Source: a virus (Duplodnaviria; Caudoviricetes). Taken from it: 36,955 nucleotides of DNA. The stretch spans positions 1 through 36,955 of the IMG/VR virus record IMGVR_UViG_3300017963_000499, one strand, 5' to 3'. Shown here piece by piece: positions 18,395-26,290 of this stretch. A program made the position numbers and the translations under genes. Each line of letters opens with the position of its first letter. Position 1 is the stretch's first letter. The notes under the pieces were generated by a model that was not told the origin of the DNA, did no database searches, and was given only the letters and a program-made list of their open reading frames with translations.

Positions 18395-18480
18395 CCCTCT
18401 ATAGTATATACTAGTCCAAATCTGAAAATTTGTTCAACTTTTTTTGGAAAAAAGTGTACCTCGATGATATAATTACAGTG
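18395..18480. promoter_or_regulatory. Divergent promoter region
   Basis: AT-rich gap between divergent operons; plus-strand TGATATAAT at 18465-18473, minus-strand TATACT at 18403-18408. Confidence 0.6.
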
Positions 18481-18488
18481 GAGGAACT

Positions 18489-19214
18489 ATGAATATCAAG
18501 CTGATGTGTGGGAAATTTGAGAATATACGGCAAGACGACATAGGGCGTATCGATCTCGTTTTTGCCGACCCGCCAGATAATGAAGGTCGAGCATATGATG
18601 GATTTGAAGACAAAACGACGGATCACGAATATGTTGATCTGCTATATAAATGGGTATTCAAGGCGTGTGAAATCACCGATGGGCCTGTGTTCTTCAGTAT
18701 CGCGGAAAGATGGATGAATGATATGGAGAACATGATATACCATGCCGACCTAAAATTGATTAGAAGGATATTCTGGCACTATACGTTTGGTCAAAACAAC
18801 AAGAAGAGCTATTCTCCATGCATTAGACCAATTTATTGGCTCAATAGTCCGACCATTTATCCAAAGGAAATCTATGTGCCGTCTGCAAGACAGATCAAGT
18901 ACGGGGACAAACGAGCCAATCCTGAAGGCAAGATGCCAGAAAACCTCTGGGAGTTTTCTCGTGTCTGCGGGACTTTCAAAGAAAGACGTGGTTGGCATCC
19001 AACTCAGCATCCAGAAGAACTCATAAGACGTATCATCCTTGGGCATAGCAAGCCCGGAGACACGATTCTCGACCCGTTCGTCGGGAGTGGGACGACAGCT
19101 ATCGTATGTCAAGATCTCGGAGATAGGAACTGTGTTGGCATAGATCAAAGTGCATATTACGTTAGTATGGTCAATGAAGAGTTGAGGAAGAGACGTGAAC
19201 AAAACAAGAGTTGA
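18489..19214 (+). CDS. DNA amino-methyltransferase (N6-adenine/N4-cytosine, beta class), orphan
   Basis: Motif IV FADPPDN precedes HPTQHPEELIRRII and motif I ILDPFVGSGTT; GGAGG RBS. Confidence 0.9.
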   Translation: MNIKLMCGKFENIRQDDIGRIDLVFADPPDNEGRAYDGFEDKTTDHEYVDLLYKWVFKACEITDGPVFFSIAERWMNDMENMIYHADLKLIRRIFWHYTFGQNNKKSYSPCIRPIYWLNSPTIYPKEIYVPSARQIKYGDKRANPEGKMPENLWEFSRVCGTFKERRGWHPTQHPEELIRRIILGHSKPGDTILDPFVGSGTTAIVCQDLGDRNCVGIDQSAYYVSMVNEELRKRREQNKS

Positions 19215-19539
19215 TGGGTTATTGTCGGAATGGGATTTCGTCCTTGAAGATTTCTCGACTAGGACTATCAAACAAGCGGAACTATTTGCTAATGGCCCGA
19301 ACACTAGGATACACAGGGTTGAAGGCCCTCCGCTAGTATTTGATATAACGTCTTCTAACAAACAGAAACAGATTCAAGAATCGCTATCGAAAGAATTGCC
19401 CGATCTCAAAGAATTGATCAATAGTGAGCCAGCAATACAGGGCCACGCTTGGACGGTTGGTGATTATGTTGAACTTTATGTCGAACATTATAAGCTGGTT
19501 ATTCAGAAAGTCACAGAAGCCATGCGAAGAGAACGGTAA
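19195..19539 (+). CDS. Hypothetical protein (paralog of 21457..21804)
   Basis: 114 aa; coupled to the MTase; similarity to 21457..21804 along its length. Confidence 0.7.
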   Translation: MNKTRVDGLLSEWDFVLEDFSTRTIKQAELFANGPNTRIHRVEGPPLVFDITSSNKQKQIQESLSKELPDLKELINSEPAIQGHAWTVGDYVELYVEHYKLVIQKVTEAMRRER

Positions 19540-19765
19540 TCTTAATCTACTATGTGACACATGCGGCAAAGTGATGCCGCAAAAGCATGGAATGACTGTT
19601 CTGGGCGGAATCTTCATTTGTGTTCCGTGTCAGGCAAAGATTATGGTGCTTCATGTCCATATCAACCAAATTAAGTGGCTATGTCCACATTGCAAGAGCG
19701 ATGACCCAAAGCCTTGCAAATTTTGCGATCTGGATAAAATGCTCAAGAGAATCAGGAGTATTTGA
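19424..19765 (+). CDS. Small Cys-rich zinc-finger protein (start uncertain, probably downstream of 19424)
   Basis: CDTC, CVPC, CPHC and CKFC; stop overlaps the clpP start. Confidence 0.6.
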   Translation: MSQQYRATLGRLVIMLNFMSNIISWLFRKSQKPCEENGNLNLLCDTCGKVMPQKHGMTVLGGIFICVPCQAKIMVLHVHINQIKWLCPHCKSDDPKPCKFCDLDKMLKRIRSI

Positions 19766-20403
19766 TGGCAAGATTTAACAAGGAAGAGATTGATCGGTAT
19801 TTTGACTATGGGATTTTCGTTAAAGAACGAATATTGTGGCTAGGGTCTACAGACACAGAGGACGGAGAGGAGACAGGAACCAACTATGAGATGTGCGAGA
19901 ATTTCATCAAAGGCATTACCTTTCTCGCTAGAATGTCAGAAGATCAAATCACAATTCAGATGAACAATATCGGTGGGGATTGGAACCACGGAATGGCCAT
20001 CTACGACGTAATAAGGGCATGTAGGAGCCATATTACGATCATAGCTTATGGTTATGCCTGCTCAATGGGATCTGTGATACTCCAAGCAGGAGACGAGAGG
20101 ATACTTGCCCCAGATTGTGACGTGATGATTCATGATGGCAAAGACGGCTTTGAGGGAGATGCGAAATCTTTTGAAAATTGGGCTGAACACTCAAAAGTAA
20201 TCAGGAAAAGAATGTACGAGATATACCTTCAAAGAATCAAGGAAAAGCACCCCAATGGGAAGTGGGGGCTAAAGAAGATCGAAGAACTTTGTTCGCACGA
20301 CAAGATTTTGACTGCACAAGAGGCCGTCGACCTTGGGCTTGCGGATTCGATTTTTGAATTGATAGAGTTTGATAACAAACCGAGGGGGAATAATGGACTT
20401 TAA
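19762..20403 (+). CDS. clpP: ClpP-family protease proteolytic subunit
   Basis: ERILWLG, QMNNIGG, GMAIYDVI, ACSMGSVILQAG (catalytic Ser), VMIH (catalytic His), DKILTAQEAVDLGLAD. Confidence 0.9.
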   Translation: MMARFNKEEIDRYFDYGIFVKERILWLGSTDTEDGEETGTNYEMCENFIKGITFLARMSEDQITIQMNNIGGDWNHGMAIYDVIRACRSHITIIAYGYACSMGSVILQAGDERILAPDCDVMIHDGKDGFEGDAKSFENWAEHSKVIRKRMYEIYLQRIKEKHPNGKWGLKKIEELCSHDKILTAQEAVDLGLADSIFELIEFDNKPRGNNGL

Positions 20404-20722
20404 TAAGTACCAGCAACTAGCGCGCCAAACCGCCGTTTACCCAGACATTGGGAACAACATTGTATATCCTACACTTGGTCTGGCTGGCGAAACCGGCGAA
20501 TTCGTTGAAAAAATCAAGAAAATGATTCGTGACGACAATGGTGTCTTAACATCAGAAAGAAAAGCAGCACTGATTAAAGAGCTAGGCGATGTGCTCTGGT
20601 ATGTTTCAAACATATGTTCCGAAGCAGAAATTCCTTTTGATATTGTCGCTCAAACAAATATTGAAAAGCTACAAAGTCGATATAAAAGGGGTGTTGTTAA
20701 GGGCGACGGCGACGACCGCTAA
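20393..20722 (+). CDS. MazG-like nucleoside triphosphate pyrophosphohydrolase
   Basis: LGLAGETGEFVEKIKK and KELGDVLWYV metal-binding motifs, NIEKL.SRY; start at MDFNKYQ. Confidence 0.92.
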   Translation: MDFNKYQQLARQTAVYPDIGNNIVYPTLGLAGETGEFVEKIKKMIRDDNGVLTSERKAALIKELGDVLWYVSNICSEAEIPFDIVAQTNIEKLQSRYKRGVVKGDGDDR

Positions 20723-20725
20723 AAT

Positions 20726-20734
20726 GTGTATAAT
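20726..20734 (+). promoter_or_regulatory. GTGTATAAT promoter motif upstream of Nudix gene
   Basis: Exact 9-mer in the 35-nt intergenic gap. Confidence 0.6.
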
Positions 20735-20757
20735 AGTACGGAAGGCTATAGTTCAGC

Positions 20758-21204
20758 ATGAAAGATTTTGTGTGGGGTATAGTCCAAAACGACGATAGAT
20801 ATCTACTGATACAAAATGCAATGGAAAACGCCGCTAGTGGCTCTTGGTGTTTTCCGGGGGGCGAAATAGACTCAAATTATATGTCGGCGTCTGGTGCTAT
20901 AAGCCGCAAGCTCAGATATGAATTAGGGATTCAAGTATCTGATCTTATCGAGTTGTTTCAAGTACCAATAGGCGATTACAACTTGCGTTGTTTTTTATGC
21001 AAAAGTTGGAGCGGCAAACCGTACCCCGCATCGGCAGAAATAGCCGGTTTGGGGTTTTTTACTATACCAGAGATATATAATTTGGGCGAAAGTCTTTCGT
21101 CTTTGCTTAAACAAATCCTGCCTCAATTTACGTTCATGATCAGACACAACCATTCGTATTCGGATCAAAGAACAAAAGGGGGAGAAGGTGGTGCAGATGT
21201 CTAA
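20758..21204 (+). CDS. Nudix-fold (MutT-like) protein with degenerate Nudix box
   Basis: RYLLIQ..GSWCFPGGEID...AISRKLRYELGI; most Nudix-box glutamates are missing. Confidence 0.8.
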   Translation: MKDFVWGIVQNDDRYLLIQNAMENAASGSWCFPGGEIDSNYMSASGAISRKLRYELGIQVSDLIELFQVPIGDYNLRCFLCKSWSGKPYPASAEIAGLGFFTIPEIYNLGESLSSLLKQILPQFTFMIRHNHSYSDQRTKGGEGGADV

Positions 21205-21460
21205 GGCGATTCCTGATTTAGCGAAAAGTTTTGCAAACTTGTTGTGGGCTAACACTCCGCAAGATTGGCAAGTATCTTTTCTATATCATCAAAATACGCT
21301 ATTCGTCTCTGTCGTTATAGGCAGCGGAGATGACGAGCAGAAGATGCGCCGAAACTATCCCTATTCAACAATCAAGAAGAGAAAAAAGGATTTGTGGGGT
21401 CTAGCATACGATTGCTCAGAAGAAATCGTTAGGTCTTGGCTTAAGGGCGAGGTTAAATGA
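21197..21460 (+). CDS. Hypothetical protein
   Basis: ORF overlapping both neighbours; start probably MSKAIP. Confidence 0.65.
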   Translation: MSKAIPDLAKSFANLLWANTPQDWQVSFLYHQNTLFVSVVIGSGDDEQKMRRNYPYSTIKKRKKDLWGLAYDCSEEIVRSWLKGEVK

Positions 21461-21804
21461 CAATCACAAATAAGAGGAAACTCTTACTTGATATGCTATT
21501 GCTCAGATGGAAAGCTCTGTCCCAATATGGAGCTATAGAGAGACTGCATAGAGCGGTTATGGAACAAACAGGAGAACAGGACATACTGTTTGATTCTGAT
21601 GTAATCAAAGCAAAACCAGTAGACCAGATCGAGTTAATCAAAAGCAAGATCATAGAGATACTTCCAGAAACCAGTTTCATCAAGCCAACCTATGAGGCAC
21701 CAGCCGAATTAAGGCCAGAGGATTTCATGCAAATGTATGTTGATCACCAAGAGCTTTGCATTAATAAGGTAAAAGACTTGATGAAAAAAATGAGGATCAA
21801 ATAA
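21457..21804 (+). CDS. Hypothetical protein (paralog of 19195..19539)
   Basis: 115 aa; ATGA overlap; GAGG RBS. Confidence 0.7.
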   Translation: MTITNKRKLLLDMLLLRWKALSQYGAIERLHRAVMEQTGEQDILFDSDVIKAKPVDQIELIKSKIIEILPETSFIKPTYEAPAELRPEDFMQMYVDHQELCINKVKDLMKKMRIK

Positions 21805-22238
21805 TGGCTAGGGAAATGGTAGAGATAGTTTGTGCCGTTTGTGGCATAAGGAAAATGAAAGAGGCAAGACGAGTAAGGCAGACCGACAAGCTTGGAAAGC
21901 TGCACACATGCAGTAGGAAATGTGCATCTAGAGTAACCAATGATAAAAGGATTGCCCCTCCATCTAGCAAGGCTTCGATGAATGTCAGAAATGACAAGAA
22001 AAAGTTTCCTCAAAAGACCATGGCTAGAAGGGCAGTCCGAGAAGCTATCCGATGCGGCAAGCTCATCCCCGCAACCATTTGTGAGAGATGCGGCAAATCT
22101 GGCAAGATGGATGGCCATCACGAAGACCACTACCGCCCCTACTATCTCGTCTGGCTGTGTAAGGATTGTCATTCGATTCACGACAAGTTCAAACTAATGG
22201 GCTATGGAACCGATTACTCGGAGCAGATTGAGAAATGA
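21804..22238 (+). CDS. Zinc-binding HNH-like protein
   Basis: CAVCG..TCSRKC N-terminal Zn motif; CERCG..DGHHEDHYRPY.LVWLCKDCH.IH. Confidence 0.75.
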   Translation: MAREMVEIVCAVCGIRKMKEARRVRQTDKLGKLHTCSRKCASRVTNDKRIAPPSSKASMNVRNDKKKFPQKTMARRAVREAIRCGKLIPATICERCGKSGKMDGHHEDHYRPYYLVWLCKDCHSIHDKFKLMGYGTDYSEQIEK

Positions 22239-22597
22239 CATACGCAGTAATAGGATCTAGAGGCTTCAGCAATTATCCTCTGCTGGTTGATGTATTGCTG
22301 AACACGCTGAACTTCGATATAAAATATGACCATATCGTAAGCGGAGGAGCAGACGGAGCGGATTGCCTAGCCAGAAAGTTCGCTGAGATGAACGGCTTCG
22401 CAGAGACAAGGAGATTCACAGAATTTCTTCCGCTGTGGGACAAGTACGGCAAAGCCGCTGGCCCAATCAGAAACGAAAAAATCATCAGGGCTTGCGACGA
22501 AGTTGTGGTCTTTTGGGATGGGAATTCGGCAGGAACACGATCAGCGTTGAAGTTCGCCAAGAAGCATAAAAAACCTGTTCATATTTACTGGTTCTGA
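22235..22597 (+). CDS. SLOG-superfamily protein (YspA/DUF2493-like)
   Basis: AVIGSRGF, IVSGGADGAD, YGKAAGPIRN, FWDGNSAGT. Confidence 0.88.
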   Translation: MTYAVIGSRGFSNYPLLVDVLLNTLNFDIKYDHIVSGGADGADCLARKFAEMNGFAETRRFTEFLPLWDKYGKAAGPIRNEKIIRACDEVVVFWDGNSAGTRSALKFAKKHKKPVHIYWF

Positions 22598-22598
22598 A

Positions 22599-22787
22599 AT
22601 GAAACGAAAAAAACTGATTATTTTTTTAGTTGTAATCGGGTTTATCGGACTATGTATCGCCTCCGGAGACCAAACCAGAATATCATATCTGTTCAGCCCA
22701 ATCACGCGGCCCATAACCGAAGAATTCATTCCATTCGTGAAGGATTGCTTTTTAGATCTTACTTCTTCGTCTTCGCCTTCGTCTTAG
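22599..22787 (+). CDS. Small protein with N-terminal hydrophobic segment
   Basis: MKRKKLIIFLVVIGFIGLCIA; last ORF of the plus-strand operon. Confidence 0.5.
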   Translation: MKRKKLIIFLVVIGFIGLCIASGDQTRISYLFSPITRPITEEFIPFVKDCFLDLTSSSSPSS

Positions 22788-23268
22788 TGCGACTTGTCTT
22801 ACGAGACCTACGAGTTTGTTTCTTATACGGTAGTTTATAGTTCTCTGTAAGAACCTTGGTAAGCACTACGAGATCTGGATCCGATTCAAGATCTACTTCA
22901 AACACATCCTTACCACACAGGAACGCAGTAAACACTTCCCCGTTTGATCCAATCGAATCTCTCCAGCCGGGTAAAATAGCGATTGCATTGCATTGATTCA
23001 CAACCGCGTCTAGATCAACTGTCATACACTCTTCAAAAGAAAGATGTTCATCATTTACTTCGGCAGGATTGAAAACGGTGTAACCTTGATCCCTGAGTCG
23101 TTTAGCTGCCCGATTAAACAAGGGGGTATTCATCTCTGGATATCCCCTCATCGGTCCCGCAAGATAGAAATCATATCTAAACTTCTTCTTACGTTTGCGG
23201 AGCCGATAACCATAATAGACAGCCGATAGCGTGGATAAAATGAGTAGTGCAATAGTGAGTTCTATCAT
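22759..23268 (-). CDS. DUF4406 / nucleoside deoxyribosyltransferase-like protein with N-terminal membrane anchor
   Basis: FYLAGPMRGYP, VFNPAE, AILPGWRDSIGSNGE; N-terminal hydrophobic helix; GGAGGT RBS. Confidence 0.85.
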   Translation of the reverse strand: MIELTIALLILSTLSAVYYGYRLRKRKKKFRYDFYLAGPMRGYPEMNTPLFNRAAKRLRDQGYTVFNPAEVNDEHLSFEECMTVDLDAVVNQCNAIAILPGWRDSIGSNGEVFTAFLCGKDVFEVDLESDPDLVVLTKVLTENYKLPYKKQTRRSRKTSRTKTKAKTKK

Positions 23269-23286
23269 GGCATTACCTCCAAAAGA

Positions 23287-23643
23287 TTAGTCCTCATCAT
23301 CCGTGGTTTCTTGTTCGGCCACTCTCCTTGCCTTTTTATATTCTTCGAAGGCTCTTTTGAGCGCTTCGTTTGGTTCCTTGCTAGCAGACATCATCTCAAA
23401 AAAGATCCTCGCATCCTTTTCTGATAATTGTAACAGATCTTGAGAATCAATCTCTTCGGCAAGCCTGTCGCACACTTTGGCGCATATCATGCCAGTATAT
23501 ACCTTAAGAGACTCGTCTACTCTGTATCGTTGTGCATGTTCTCTACACATGTTGGAACATATCTTCCTACACATATCCCAGATGGGTTTGTATTTCAAAA
23601 GGTCTGGGTCATCTCCAAAAAATTCGGCGAATTCAAGTGTCAT
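23287..23643 (-). CDS. Hypothetical protein with DUF1778/TacA-antitoxin-like C-terminus
   Basis: LQLSEKDARIFFEMMSASKEPNEALKRAFEEY resembles the recalled DUF1778 C-terminal consensus. Confidence 0.6.
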   Translation of the reverse strand: MTLEFAEFFGDDPDLLKYKPIWDMCRKICSNMCREHAQRYRVDESLKVYTGMICAKVCDRLAEEIDSQDLLQLSEKDARIFFEMMSASKEPNEALKRAFEEYKKARRVAEQETTDDED

Positions 23644-23930
23644 AGCATCCTCTCTATTGAGTCGATAGAGTTACAAAACGCAATGAATTCCTCATTATCT
23701 GAGTTAGAATCTCTGAGAATCTGGGTTTGAGGAGAATCAAGCCCATGACTGCGCACGGCGCGCAAATAACAATTGATTAAATGCCCATTAACGCCGCTAT
23801 TTGCGGCGAACGTAATCTCGTATAGTTTTTGTTTCATAAGCTCTCGCCTCTGGCGAATCTGACGAAAAGCCCTTGCGAGCGAAATGATGAAAATAACTGC
23901 ACCGATGTATAGAACGATACTATAAAACAC
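23640..23930 (-). CDS. Hypothetical membrane-anchored protein
   Basis: N-terminal hydrophobic helix; coupled to neighbours. Confidence 0.6.
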   Translation of the reverse strand: MFYSIVLYIGAVIFIISLARAFRQIRQRRELMKQKLYEITFAANSGVNGHLINCYLRAVRSHGLDSPQTQILRDSNSDNEEFIAFCNSIDSIERML

Positions 23931-24268
23931 TATTGTTCTCCTTTAGATTTATGAACCTTAGCTTCCCCTTTATCCTTTTCAGGATACACCCACAATAAGA
24001 CTGCCATCTCGCCCTCTATAAAAAATTCAATGACATTATCCTCGGTCTCGTTGTCTCTCCAAAACTTCTTGCCTTTGGTATGATCCCATTCTACGTCTAG
24101 CTTCCTAGCAGTAACAAGTTCTTTGCCACCTTGTTTCTTAAGATCAACAATGAGATATCTGCCAAGAGGAAATCCCATATGAAAATTTTGTCTTTTGGTC
24201 ATCTCAAAGACGTCATCCTTTTTGATCTTGTATTTATCTCTGCCTTCTCCGACATATTTCTTTTTCAT
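23930..24268 (-). CDS. Hypothetical protein
   Basis: 112-aa ORF in the minus-strand gene train. Confidence 0.6.
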   Translation of the reverse strand: MKKKYVGEGRDKYKIKKDDVFEMTKRQNFHMGFPLGRYLIVDLKKQGGKELVTARKLDVEWDHTKGKKFWRDNETEDNVIEFFIEGEMAVLLWVYPEKDKGEAKVHKSKGEQ

Positions 24269-24301
24269 TTGTTAGCCCCTTGCATGACAGGTAAAACGGG
24301 A

Positions 24302-24526
24302 TCAAACACTTCGAATCGTATTCACCAATTCTCTGATATCGTCGATTGAAGCTAGTGCTTCGATTTCGGTGGAGTACGTGACAACAGACTTGGCGACTGT
24401 GTTGCCTTTGTCGTTCTCGATTTCCCACCAATATCTGATTGAAGCTTGTGCTCCATGGGTTCGTTTTAGAGATTCCCAATATCGCCCCTCGAATTCCTTG
24501 TGTCTAATCACAAACTTCACAATCAC
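24302..24526 (-). CDS. YegP/DUF1508-like protein
   Basis: YWWEIENDKGNTVAKSVVTYSTEIEALASIDDIRE. Confidence 0.65.
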   Translation of the reverse strand: MIVKFVIRHKEFEGRYWESLKRTHGAQASIRYWWEIENDKGNTVAKSVVTYSTEIEALASIDDIRELVNTIRSV

Positions 24527-24722
24527 CTCCGCTATTCATGTGTTTGAACATTTCTATCTCAGCGAGCCTGTCCTCAGCCTGTTTCCTAGTGGGATAGCAC
24601 CCAAGTTTCTTGCCCTTTTTGCTGTAGATGCAGTATGGTTTGTCCGATGGGCCGTCCTTCCTGATAACCGCTTGCGTTGCTTGATCAGCGGCCTTTTTCA
24701 CTTCCTCATTCCAGTCTGGCAT
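24504..24722 (-). CDS. Small phage hypothetical protein
   Basis: YCIYSKKGKKLGCYPTRKQAEDRLAEIEMFKH, a motif recalled from other phage proteins; GAGGTG RBS. Confidence 0.65.
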   Translation of the reverse strand: MPDWNEEVKKAADQATQAVIRKDGPSDKPYCIYSKKGKKLGCYPTRKQAEDRLAEIEMFKHMNSGGDCEVCD

Positions 24723-24842
24723 TTTATCACCTCAGTTGTCCGAACACGCGAAATAAGACACCTGTGGCAAATACCATTGCCACGTCGATGTAGAAGTTGA
24801 TATAACAAACTTGAATCAAAAACCAGTACCAAAACTCAAAGG

Positions 24843-25364
24843 TCATAGCTGTTCTGGCTCCTTATCAAGATCAATTTTCTCTAAGGCTTGTGCTAACTCC
24901 TTGTGAATAGGGCAGATAAAGTCTCCAATAGATTCTACACCATATTTTTCCTTCACGGAGTCGATAAGTTTCTTGCTTGTCTTGGCAACAGCCATTAAAT
25001 TAGCATAAACCTTTACTCTTTCTGTACTTATCCATTCTGCCATGCCAGCATCATAGTGTTTATAATCTTCATCACTATCTGTATCGCATGGTGCCATAGC
25101 CTTAGCGAACTGTAATAGCCTATTGTTTTCCAAAAGAATATCGTCATACATGATATTGAACAGTTGGAAAAGAATGCCAGCAAGCTCCTTTCTCATATTC
25201 TTGACACAATCATGCATATGATCTTCGTCATTGCAGCTTGCGTCAGCCATGAAAACATTGCCATCGAGATCGTGTAGACAGACCGCATATTTGGGATCTT
25301 CGTCTAATACTGACGGCATAACCATATTGTTAGCAAGCTCATTCACTATCCTTAGTAGATCCAT
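24843..25364 (-). CDS. Hypothetical protein
   Basis: 173-aa ORF in the minus-strand gene train. Confidence 0.65.
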   Translation of the reverse strand: MDLLRIVNELANNMVMPSVLDEDPKYAVCLHDLDGNVFMADASCNDEDHMHDCVKNMRKELAGILFQLFNIMYDDILLENNRLLQFAKAMAPCDTDSDEDYKHYDAGMAEWISTERVKVYANLMAVAKTSKKLIDSVKEKYGVESIGDFICPIHKELAQALEKIDLDKEPEQL

Positions 25365-25596
25365 TTAACTTTCCTTCTAGTTCTGCTATTTGCTGCTTCA
25401 ACCTGTTTATCTCGTCCTTGTATTCTGCCAATTCACACTTGAGCAACTTGGCGCGGATAATTCCATCCATATCGTCTTCGTACATCTGCCTGAGTCGTCT
25501 GGCCTCTGCCGCAGCCGCATCTCTTTCAGCCTCGGCCCTAAGAAGCCTATCCTGTAACGAATCAATATACTGGTCTACGTTGGTTGTCGGTATCAT
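25339..25596 (-). CDS. Coiled-coil hypothetical protein
   Basis: Heptad-like helical sequence; ATGA overlap. Confidence 0.6.
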   Translation of the reverse strand: MIPTTNVDQYIDSLQDRLLRAEAERDAAAAEARRLRQMYEDDMDGIIRAKLLKCELAEYKDEINRLKQQIAELEGKLNGSTKDSE

Positions 25597-25907
25597 AAGA
25601 TGATTCTCCTTCTTCGGCGCTGTTTTGGTTTAGACTTCGGCTTTTCTCGCTTCGGCGGCTCGTCGTCTGATGGCAACAAAACTGGTGCATTCAAACCGCA
25701 TTTGGAATCTATCATTTTCAACTTAACAAACTGTGCTGGCTCTGGTTTCGTTACAGTTCCGATCACCAATGCATGCGCAAGATCAATATGTTTTCCACAA
25801 GCATTGCATATTGCACCATAGATATCTTTAGATATCTTGAGTGTAGTTTTCGCGTTACATTCTGGACAGAGATAAACCGTTATTGTATTTAGCGAATCCT
25901 TTGCCAC
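25593..25907 (-). CDS. Zinc-ribbon protein
   Basis: CPECNA..CNACGK; basic tail. Confidence 0.6.
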   Translation of the reverse strand: MAKDSLNTITVYLCPECNAKTTLKISKDIYGAICNACGKHIDLAHALVIGTVTKPEPAQFVKLKMIDSKCGLNAPVLLPSDDEPPKREKPKSKPKQRRRRRIIL

Positions 25908-26092
25908 AATGTCTCTCCATCGTCCTGCTCAACCAGCCCATACCTAATCTCGCCATTAACTGCGTCTATCTGCCCTTGCTTATATCCATCTTCATAGTAA
26001 TCGCCAACACATGATTGATAGCCAAAAAGACAACCAGCCATGGTGCCAACAATTAGAACGTAATAAATCGCATCTTTAACAAGCTTCTTCAT
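25889..26092 (-). CDS. Small membrane-anchored hypothetical protein
   Basis: Hydrophobic helix followed by YEDGYKQGQIDA. Confidence 0.6.
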   Translation of the reverse strand: MKKLVKDAIYYVLIVGTMAGCLFGYQSCVGDYYEDGYKQGQIDAVNGEIRYGLVEQDDGETLWQRIR

Positions 26093-26290
26093 AGCTGACT
26101 CCTAAGCGACAGCAAAAACAGAACATTGGCCACAATTACCATGATAGCCAACGCACCCACGATGTACCAAATTATGTCTCTATCTTCCATAGTCACGCCT
26201 TTCGGCGTGATCGATCTACACGAGACCGAATAGTGACAGAAGGCCCATCAAAATTCCTAACAACGTCCAAGGACACATAACGAACACCTC

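Noticed and set aside
19762-20403. ClpP as the prohead protease
   Set aside because: It lies outside the head operon on the opposite strand, and a protease-scaffold gene already sits between portal and capsid.
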